Both the position numbers and the translations under genes were made by a program. Under the pieces are notes generated by a model. It ran no database searches. It saw only the letters and a program-made list of their open reading frames with translations, and was not told the DNA's origin. From Candidatus Altiarchaeota archaeon (GTDB lineage Archaea; Altiarchaeota; Altiarchaeia; IMC4; SCGC-AAA252-I15): a DNA stretch of 32,288 nt. Positions 1-7,626 of this stretch are shown piece after piece; position 1 is the first letter of the stretch; each line of letters begins with the position of its first letter. The stretch lies in NCBI GenBank assembly GCA_043804895.1, contig JAZDIN010000026.1, positions 1 through 32,288 of the forward strand, read 5' to 3'.

Positions 1-2056
1 CAGAATCCCAACCCAACACATATGCGGCTCCCCCTTCGCCGTCATTATGCTCCTTAGCGCTTAACCTGATTGCACTACCATCGCTTGCGTCGTCCTTGCA
101 ATCCTTGTCAGAGAGGGGGTTGCAGCCTGTTGAGTATATTACCTCTGTGGGATTTTCCGAGCATTGCATTATCACACAACTGCCCTGGCCGTCACAGGAC
201 TCGTCTTGGCCGCATTTATTTGGACCTACAATGTCATTGAATCCCTCAGAGTAGTCGTTCTGGCCAACATACTCGCATGAACCGACAAGGTTGGATGGGT
301 CGGATTTATCTATTTTGCAGGACTTGCAGACCGAGCAGTTATTTTGCATTCCAGGCCCGCAGACTCCAAGCTGGCATATGGCATCATACAATGTGTCTGA
401 CCCGGGGAGGCCTCTTTCTCCGCCGCAGTAGTCGCATGGGTTACCGTCGGTGCTGCACTTGTTCGCATCGCAGGCTCCGTCGGCTTCAGAGCAGACTTGC
501 CGTCCGACGCAAGCCACATCAACGCCACATGCCGGGCATTTGAGGGTATTCCAGTTTCCGCTGTCGCAGAACCTGAATCGGACGGGGTCGTCCGGGCAGT
601 CGGGTGCGTTGTTTCCTGACTCGTAGAAGCAGTTGTTGCATTCCTCTGTCTCAGAGTGCGCACAATATCCTGTTGGAGCACACCACTTCCCGTCGTTCTT
701 GTCAGTGTCATAGTCTGCTGCGCAGTGTTGAGTGCCTGACACGCAGTTGGTATCGGATAGGCAGGGGGCGCCAAGTTGCGGCGGGAGGGTGGTTGGCGTG
801 GTAGTTGTTGGGGGCGCGAGTGTCGTTGTGGGCAACGGGTCATTCGGGCAGTAATCTGGGATCTCATCATCAGGGTAACCGTAGGCTCGCACGTAGATGT
901 AGTAGTCACCTGGGCAGAGGTTGACTCCCGCGCCTTCTTCCGGATTCCAGCAGTCGACCATAACTTGATATTCCCCAGGCGGAAAGTCATACAATTCACA
1001 GGAGCGGTAGTCATCGATAGGGTCTGGGTAGGTGTTGCAATGTTCGAATTCATCGTAGGGGTACCATTCCTGCGGCCTGCCGTCGGTAGGATACTGGCAT
1101 TGGCACTTACAATCTATGTCGTATATGCCATCGCCGTTGCAGTCATGGGTTTCGCAACTTCCGTACCCCTGGTGGTCCACCCAGTTCCCGTAGATATCGT
1201 AGAGGTTTGTGTAGTAAGGGTAGATATTATTAGCCCCAGTATAGGCCATAACCTGCAGAATGCAGTTGCCTCCGTCATCGACTGTGAATTTATGATAGTT
1301 GTATTCGTCCCCCTCTGTGTGATACCAGTTCCCTGTCTTGCACCCATCCGGTGCAGGACATTGATGGCAGCCTATTGTTGTTGTTGTCGTTGTTGAGGTG
1401 GTTGTAGTCGAAGTCGTCGACGTCGTTGCCGGAATCTCAAACCATCTGAGGGCGAATGTGGCCGAAGACAGGCTCACGCCGCCGGGGACCATGAGGTAGA
1501 ATTTGTTGTTCTCGTCAACGCCAGGTGTGTAGAGTTTTGTGAGGCTTGTGTATTCCTCGCAGCATTCGCTGGTGGGGTAAAGGAAAATGTTGAATAGGTC
1601 CTGGCGTTCGACAAACCATGCCCTCGCAGTCCAGCCGACCTTAGGCTCATCCTCCTTGTAGCCCGACACTATCCTGAAGGAGCGGGTCTGGTCTGATGCG
1701 CCCTCCTCCGAAGGCCTTCCCGCGCCAGAAGAATATATTACGTGGACTCCGCTTTGGTCTACAGCCTCAAGCCGGTACCCTATCTTGTCTGGTATAAGCT
1801 CTTCAAACGCCCCCTTCGTGAGGTTACCTGCGTAGGAGTAGTTTTTCAAAGCCCAGTATTGTCCGATTTCCTCAAGCGCCCCCCTCTTGTCCGCGGTGTC
1901 CAAGGCGTTCTCGGAGACGGAGTGGAGGCGCTCGAACTCGCTTAAACCGCCGCTCCGCTGACCAGTATACTGTAGTCCGATGAACCCTAGCATGAGGAAC
2001 ACTATGAAGCTTAAGGCAACGAGCGCATCCCATGTTATGATGTAACCTTTCCCCAT
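1..2056 (-). CDS. Large Cys-rich pilin-like surface protein with class III signal peptide (3'-truncated by window edge, >685 aa; not in ORF track)
   Basis: Manual translation from ATG at 2056 is open to position 1. It begins MGKG/YIITWDALVALSFIVFLMLGFIGL (basic-Gly then a hydrophobic helix), followed by a pilin-like head, a poly-Thr linker (~1375-1428), a PPC-like beta domain (YNYHKFTV...PPGEYQVMV...GDYYIYV), a Pro/Thr linker and a Cys-rich region. Confidence 0.85.
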   Translation of the reverse strand, partial: MGKGYIITWDALVALSFIVFLMLGFIGLQYTGQRSGGLSEFERLHSVSENALDTADKRGALEEIGQYWALKNYSYAGNLTKGAFEELIPDKIGYRLEAVDQSGVHVIYSSGAGRPSEEGASDQTRSFRIVSGYKEDEPKVGWTARAWFVERQDLFNIFLYPTSECCEEYTSLTKLYTPGVDENNKFYLMVPGGVSLSSATFALRWFEIPATTSTTSTTTTSTTTTTTIGCHQCPAPDGCKTGNWYHTEGDEYNYHKFTVDDGGNCILQVMAYTGANNIYPYYTNLYDIYGNWVDHQGYGSCETHDCNGDGIYDIDCKCQCQYPTDGRPQEWYPYDEFEHCNTYPDPIDDYRSCELYDFPPGEYQVMVDCWNPEEGAGVNLCPGDYYIYVRAYGYPDDEIPDYCPNDPLPTTTLAPPTTTTPTTLPPQLGAPCLSDTNCVSGTQHCAADYDTDKNDGKWCAPTGYCAHSETEECNNCFYESGNNAPDCPDDPVRFRFCDSGNWNTLKCPACGVDVACVGRQVCSEADGACDANKCSTDGNPCDYCGGERGLPGSDTLYDAICQLGVCGPGMQNNCSVCKSCKIDKSDPSNLVGSCEYVGQNDYSEGFNDIVGPNKCGQDESCDGQGSCVIMQCSENPTEVIYSTGCNPLSDKDCKDDASDGSAIRLSAKEHNDGEGGAAYVLGWDS

Positions 2057-2091
2057 CTATAGGTAAATTTCTCGCTCGGCGTTAATAAGTC

Positions 2092-3903
2092 CTACGGCAG
2101 CGGCTTCGGGCTTATGAGGTAGACGTTCAGGTAACCGACCTGTATGTAGTCGGAGGTTATATAGCTCCACATCCCATCGCTTGTTGTGCTGTACTGTTGG
2201 GCGATGGCGAAGTAACAGTATTGACCTACCTCGGATTGTGTGTCCCTCCAATCGTCTGTGTCCGGTGTCTCGCAGTACTCACGGCCCTCGCAGTCGTACA
2301 TATACTTCTCTGGCCATGGTTCGCTCTCGCCCCAATACTTGTTAAGCCAGGCTTTTGTTGCAGGGTCCGACGCGCCAGTGGGGTCGGTTATCGGCGGCCC
2401 GCTGTTCCTCTCATCTGCCACGAGCTTGCATGCTTGTCCAGGATCGTCGCCAGCATCTGCCACTGTTATGTTACTTGTGACCCACAATCTACCTACCCCA
2501 CCAAGGCTGTTGGCTGAGGCGTCAAGGTGTATGAGTCCATTCTCCTCTGAGACGACCCACCCGTCTGCGGTACCGTTGTTCACATTCAATGTGACTCCGA
2601 TATCGGTTTTCACGCAGCGGCCACTGAAGCACGCCTTACATCCTAGTTCACAGTCTGACTCGCCTTGGTCGCAGGGTTTGCCGCAGTCGCCCATGTCGCA
2701 TCTTTTTGTGGTTGAGTTGCACCAGGCGCATCCCAGCATGCAGTCTGAGTCTAGTTCGCATGATTTTTCACAATCCCCTTGGACGCATTTTCCGTCTGTA
2801 TCGCAGTGCGGGCACGGGTGGTCGGAGTCGGTTCGCATGCATTCCAAATACCTGTCGAATGAGGAAAATATGCAGTTTTTGCCGCAGTTCTCCTTTTCCT
2901 TGCAGAGGTAAGCGTAGTGGTCTGTGCCATTGTAATCCCTATACTGCCACGTCTTGTAGCACCAGTCGCATTCCTTGTTCACGCAGGTTGGGTCCTTGCC
3001 TAGGTTATTGCATGGCCCGCATTTAGTTTTATCATCCTTCTTCTTCTCTTTGCACTTGTACACTCCAGGAGTAATAGAGTCCTCTAAACATGCACTGCAT
3101 AGGTTGAGGTAGTCAAGATATTTGTCTTCGTAGTCGCAGTCGTCTGGTTCGTTCGGATTGCACCCCGTACCGCACTTCCCGTTGAATTTACATTTCCGTT
3201 TGGGTTCTCCATTCTCGTCCAGGTCGTAGGGGTCGCCTTCCAGTGGGCAGTAAGTACAAGGCTCCTGTTTATTGTTGTACACGAATATTATGTCCTCGCA
3301 GGAGTATTCGTCTGTATCGCCGACCTTGTTGCACTCTTTTTTGAAGCATTCCGGTATCGTGGTCTCAGTGGTTGCCGTGGTCGTCGGCAGGAACGGGGAC
3401 ATGTCAGTGGCGACTTCGATTAGGCCGTAGATTTTGCCGACGCTCGTGTGGTTGGTTTTGGTGGCTTCGTTGGTGTAGTCGACGTCCATGTCGGCTTCGT
3501 AGTATTCTCCGAGCTTGTATTCGGACTGTAGGTCCGGGCAGTCCAGCTCCAGTATCCACTTCTCGGCTGGTTGGAGGTTTTTCCCAGTGGCAGGCGCTGG
3601 GTTGCACTGGACCCTGCCGACCCGGAGGTTGATGCTCTCGGGTTTGACTTCAGCTGGCGCGTCGCCCTCGTTCTTGAGCGTGAAGTAGACCTTGTATTGG
3701 CCGCTGTCCTGGCCGACGAACCAATCCATTGGCACTATTTGGCTGAATCCGACTGAGCCTCGTTTGCCGAGTAGGGGGGTGAATATACCCTCCTGCCAGA
3801 CCACAACCAATCCTACCAACACGACGATTATTATGCCTGCGTAGAGTATAAGGTTTTCTATCGGGATTTGGCCTTTTCTTGAACTTCGCGTTAGAAAATC
3901 CAT
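2092..3903 (-). CDS. Pilin-like protein with class III signal peptide and six tandem 6-Cys modules (603 aa)
   Basis: RKG/QIPIE (Q+1, E+5) then a hydrophobic helix; PTTTATTETT linker; repeated Cx2-4C..C..CxxC..C modules. Confidence 0.85.
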   Translation of the reverse strand: MDFLTRSSRKGQIPIENLILYAGIIIVVLVGLVVVWQEGIFTPLLGKRGSVGFSQIVPMDWFVGQDSGQYKVYFTLKNEGDAPAEVKPESINLRVGRVQCNPAPATGKNLQPAEKWILELDCPDLQSEYKLGEYYEADMDVDYTNEATKTNHTSVGKIYGLIEVATDMSPFLPTTTATTETTIPECFKKECNKVGDTDEYSCEDIIFVYNNKQEPCTYCPLEGDPYDLDENGEPKRKCKFNGKCGTGCNPNEPDDCDYEDKYLDYLNLCSACLEDSITPGVYKCKEKKKDDKTKCGPCNNLGKDPTCVNKECDWCYKTWQYRDYNGTDHYAYLCKEKENCGKNCIFSSFDRYLECMRTDSDHPCPHCDTDGKCVQGDCEKSCELDSDCMLGCAWCNSTTKRCDMGDCGKPCDQGESDCELGCKACFSGRCVKTDIGVTLNVNNGTADGWVVSEENGLIHLDASANSLGGVGRLWVTSNITVADAGDDPGQACKLVADERNSGPPITDPTGASDPATKAWLNKYWGESEPWPEKYMYDCEGREYCETPDTDDWRDTQSEVGQYCYFAIAQQYSTTSDGMWSYITSDYIQVGYLNVYLISPKPLP

Positions 3904-3968
3904 TCTATTAGCTGATATTTATAATGGATTGTTTCTTAATTAAAAGCTACATGCGGTGTGGTCGTACA

Positions 3969-4784
3969 ATGGATGTGAGGGTGGCGTTGGCTGGGGTGTT
4001 GGTTGTTTTCCTTGCAGGCTCATGTTCAGCCTCGTACATCACCATGGGCGTGACTGTGACGCCGCCTGAGGTTGTGGCAGAGGACGTCTTCCAGTTGAAG
4101 GTGACTGTATTGAACTCAGGTGATGAGGAAGCCCATGACGTACAACTCTCCCTATCCCTCCCTGAGGGGTTCTCTTCCGAGCCTGTCTACGTTGGAGTGC
4201 TGCCGCCTGGCAGGCCGTATGAGCACACGTTCGACGTCAGTATAGAGGATTTTGTCAAATACGGGACGTATCCAGCCATGGTGAAGACACATTACGCTGA
4301 CGCGAACGCTTACCCCTTCTCGACCATCTCTCCGACGTTCATAAGGTACAAACAGCCTACGCCGTTCCAAATACGCGGGAATGTGGGGGAGGTGAGCCTC
4401 GTAGCAGGCAGTGAAAAGGACAAGGAGCTAGTGTTGGAGGTAAGCAACCTGGACGATAAACCGCATAAGATTCTTGTGAAATTCCATCTCCCAGACGAGT
4501 TGAAGGCTGGATTCTACTCCACTGAGCTGGAGTTGAATGAGAGGGACGCAGGCAAGGTGACGGTCCCGCTTAGGTCGTTCGGCGCACTGGCAGGCTCGAC
4601 CTACGTTGTGTTCGCGTCCATGGAATACGAGGATGGGGGACTCCATTACAGCGCAACATCAGGGGGGATTGTGAGGATTGTCGCACAGGAGGCTGAGGAG
4701 AAAGGCGACGGCACATCCTGGATTCCGGCAGCTGTTATCGCGGCCCTGGTGGCTGCATTAGTCTACTATCAGGTAAAAAGATGA
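3969..4784 (+). CDS. Secreted, membrane-anchored Ig-like (CARDB/NEW3/COG1361 S-layer-like) protein
   Basis: Signal peptide MDVRVALAGVLVVFLAGSCSA, the VTVLNSGDEEAHDVQLSLSLPEGF motif typical of CARDB/NEW3 domains, and a C-terminal TM helix with a basic tail. Start moved to ATG 3969. Confidence 0.7.
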   Translation: MDVRVALAGVLVVFLAGSCSASYITMGVTVTPPEVVAEDVFQLKVTVLNSGDEEAHDVQLSLSLPEGFSSEPVYVGVLPPGRPYEHTFDVSIEDFVKYGTYPAMVKTHYADANAYPFSTISPTFIRYKQPTPFQIRGNVGEVSLVAGSEKDKELVLEVSNLDDKPHKILVKFHLPDELKAGFYSTELELNERDAGKVTVPLRSFGALAGSTYVVFASMEYEDGGLHYSATSGGIVRIVAQEAEEKGDGTSWIPAAVIAALVAALVYYQVKR

Positions 4785-6988
4785 GTCGAGAGGGTATTAA
4801 GGGGTTTATTTCCAAGAGACTTACAGTCGAGTCGTCAGTCAACATTGTTGTCCTGGCTATCGTCTACCTCTTCCTCCTCAGCATCTTCAAGCCTGACCTG
4901 ATGCTCGACAAGACCATAACAACCGGCGGGGACATGGGGTCACACTACTACCCTGCGAAGTTCCTCCAGGAGGAGCTCTTGCCAAGGGGCCACATAATCG
5001 GCTGGCTTCCAGGATGGTACGTGGGGATGCCACTGTTCCAGTTCTACTTCCCACTGTCCTTCGTCCTCATAGCAGTTCTGGGGTACATCATCCCCCTGCA
5101 AATATCCTTCAAGATAGTCACAGTCCTTGGGATTTTCATCCTGCCGCTGTGCGCCTTCCACTGCATGCGGCTTATGAGGTTCAGCTTCCCTGTGCCTATA
5201 TTCGCAGCCACGTTCACTCTTCCCTTCCTCTTCCAGGAGTCGCACAGCATGTGGGGGGGGAACATACCAAGCACGCTCGCAGGAGAGTTCAGTTATGGCA
5301 TAAGCCTCTCCCTGACGATACTCTTCTTCGGCCTCCTCTACCGCGGCCTTGAGGAGAAAAGGCACGTGCTCCATAATGCGGTGATGCTGGCATCGATTGC
5401 GCTGACGCACGTGTATACCATATTATGGATTGTGGCGTCCTCCTCGTTCCTGCTTGCAGGTAGGAAGGTTAAGGACGTGAGAGAAAGAGTACTTTACATG
5501 GCGAAATCCTATCCGCTGGCTTTCATGCTCACCGGATTCTGGATTATCCCATTACTTTCCAGGTTGAAGTACACCACATCATATGACATACCGTGGGTGA
5601 TTACAGAGGACGTGCTGCCACCGATACTCTGGCCGTTCCTCCTGTTCTCAGGGATAGGAATCTTCGCATGCGTGCGAAACCGCGATAAGAGGATGGGATT
5701 CTTCTGCTACTCCATGCTAGTTTCGCTGGTATTCTTCGAGCTGGCCCCAAAACTCGGCGTAGTGGACATACGCTTCCTCCCGTTCATCTACATCACGCTC
5801 ATGATAATCGCAGCATACGGCCTCCAGCAGGCTGTGAAGCCGCTGAAGGGGGGGTGGATTGTGCCGCTTATCGTTGTCATCCTTACCATCTTCTGGGTTA
5901 ACAGCAGCAAAGTCCTGGTAACAGGGGAGAAGGATAAGGTTGAGTTCCACACCGACCAGATAATCCCCCAACTTGTGAAGTGGAGCTACGGAGGATTCAC
6001 GCCATACTGGGTGAAGTGGAACTACGAAGGCTTCGAGAAGAAGCCGGTGTGGCCAGAGTTTAAGGAGACGAACGATTACATCAAAGGCGGATTCAACGAC
6101 CCGAGGGCGCAGTTCGAGCACAACGACCAGCACAACTCAGCAGGAACTGTGCGGGCATTCGAAAGCATACCACTATTCTCCGGAAGGAGCATACTGGAGG
6201 GCCTTTACATGCAGTCCATCATATCCTCGCCATTCGTCTTCTATATTCAGTCGGAGATAAGCGAACAGCAGTCATGCCCTTTCTGGGCAGTGTACCCTTG
6301 CACGAGCTTCAACCTAGAGAACGGGACTGAGCACCTGAAGATGTTCAACACCAGGTTCATCGTCGCAAGGAGCGACAAGCTGAAGAAGGCTATGAGGGAG
6401 AATCGGCAGTGGAGGCTCGCCCACAGCGCAGACCCGTTTGAGGTGTGGGAGCTGACGACGAACCCGGACCACTACGTGACTGTGCCGAAGAACGAACCCG
6501 TGCTATTCGAAACCAGCTTATGGAAGAACATAAGCTACCAGTGGTTCAGGGGGATGGAGTTGATAGACACGCCAATTGTGTTCAAGGCAGAAGCAGACGA
6601 CGTCGACACTAAGAGATTCAGCACGATATTCAAGAACCCGACGATAACTGACCTTGACAGGATAGAGAAGAATCTGATAAACAGCGACTGTAACATCAAG
6701 GAGCTCATCGGAGCAGAGGAGATAGAGTTCAGCACAGACTGCATCGGCGCCCCGCACATCATAAGCATCTCATACTATCCAAGCTGGAAGCCTGAAGGCG
6801 CAGACAGGGTGTACCTTGTGTCGCCTTCCTTCATGCTAGTCTACCCGACACAGAACAGGGTCAAGCTCACGTACAGCAAGACTTGGGAGGATTGGCTCGG
6901 TATGTTGCTCACACTGTCTGCGACAGCGATAATCTCCTACGCGTTCCTCACACGCAACCAGAGGGTGAGGAGGTTCTTCAACCTGTAG
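4781..6988 (+). CDS. PTPS-related/YfhO-like multi-pass membrane protein (putative GT-C glycosyltransferase)
   Basis: GGDMGSHYYP...GWLPGWYVGMPLFQFYFPL N-terminal loop motif, many TM helices, a large extracellular C-terminal domain and a final TM helix. Confidence 0.7.
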   Translation: MSREGIKGFISKRLTVESSVNIVVLAIVYLFLLSIFKPDLMLDKTITTGGDMGSHYYPAKFLQEELLPRGHIIGWLPGWYVGMPLFQFYFPLSFVLIAVLGYIIPLQISFKIVTVLGIFILPLCAFHCMRLMRFSFPVPIFAATFTLPFLFQESHSMWGGNIPSTLAGEFSYGISLSLTILFFGLLYRGLEEKRHVLHNAVMLASIALTHVYTILWIVASSSFLLAGRKVKDVRERVLYMAKSYPLAFMLTGFWIIPLLSRLKYTTSYDIPWVITEDVLPPILWPFLLFSGIGIFACVRNRDKRMGFFCYSMLVSLVFFELAPKLGVVDIRFLPFIYITLMIIAAYGLQQAVKPLKGGWIVPLIVVILTIFWVNSSKVLVTGEKDKVEFHTDQIIPQLVKWSYGGFTPYWVKWNYEGFEKKPVWPEFKETNDYIKGGFNDPRAQFEHNDQHNSAGTVRAFESIPLFSGRSILEGLYMQSIISSPFVFYIQSEISEQQSCPFWAVYPCTSFNLENGTEHLKMFNTRFIVARSDKLKKAMRENRQWRLAHSADPFEVWELTTNPDHYVTVPKNEPVLFETSLWKNISYQWFRGMELIDTPIVFKAEADDVDTKRFSTIFKNPTITDLDRIEKNLINSDCNIKELIGAEEIEFSTDCIGAPHIISISYYPSWKPEGADRVYLVSPSFMLVYPTQNRVKLTYSKTWEDWLGMLLTLSATAIISYAFLTRNQRVRRFFNL

Positions 6989-7626
6989 AATATCTCATGG
7001 ACGAGGTTGAACTTGCTGCCCCGGCTGTCGCTGCAGAACACCGGAATCTCGACTGCCTTCTTCCCGTCCTTTTTGACAACATAGTAGATGAGCTCTATCA
7101 CATACGATGAACCGTAATCGATGCCATCAACGTACTTCAGTATGTCACTCCTCCTCCAGCCTTTCGTCCCGATACTGTAATCTTCGAAGCGCAGACTTAG
7201 TAGGGCCCTCACGAGCGCGATGAATACGCCGCTTATTAGAGTCCTGTACCACTTCCTCTCCTGAGTCCCCTTCCTCTTAGACCCGATGACAAGGTTGTAC
7301 TCATCCAACAGCTTCACACACTCTGGGATGAACTTCAGGTCGCTTGTCAAATCAACGTCAATAGAAACCAGCTTCTCAGTCTCCGCAACCCTTACCATCT
7401 CCTTGAAGGCAAGGCCTACGCCGCGCTCGGAGATTGAGAGGAACCTGAAGTTAGGATGTTTTATTCCATTCCCAATCTTGTCAGTCCCGTCCGTTGAACC
7501 GTTACTGCACACGATAATCATGTAGCCGGGGCAGGTCATGTCCAGGAAATCCATCAGCTCACGAACCTTAACCTCAAGGATATCAGCCTCATTATAAACC
7601 GGAATAAGGATACTGTAGGAGGCCAT
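6937..7626 (-). CDS. Glycosyltransferase family 2 (polyprenol-phosphate sugar synthase-like)
   Basis: SILIPVYNEA, NGSTDGT, DxD motif (IDVDL) and LVIGS motifs. Its start overlaps the stop of the giant pilin gene by 1 nt. Confidence 0.85.
   Translation of the reverse strand: MASYSILIPVYNEADILEVKVRELMDFLDMTCPGYMIIVCSNGSTDGTDKIGNGIKHPNFRFLSISERGVGLAFKEMVRVAETEKLVSIDVDLTSDLKFIPECVKLLDEYNLVIGSKRKGTQERKWYRTLISGVFIALVRALLSLRFEDYSIGTKGWRRSDILKYVDGIDYGSSYVIELIYYVVKKDGKKAVEIPVFCSDSRGSKFNLVHEIFYRLKNLLTLWLRVRNA

Noticed and set aside
1375-1428. (GTT)n-like microsatellite as a phase-variation or CRISPR-like repeat
   Set aside because: It encodes an in-frame poly-Thr linker with mixed codons; there is no spacer structure.
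277-1945. ORF-track entries (310..1053 -, 776..1396 +, 1114..1347 -, etc.)
   Set aside because: They are alternative-frame or antisense shadows of the long <1..2056 minus-strand CDS.
1-3903. Multiheme cytochrome or nanowire interpretation of the many CxxC motifs
   Set aside because: None of the CxxC motifs is followed by His (no CxxCH), so c-type heme attachment is unsupported.
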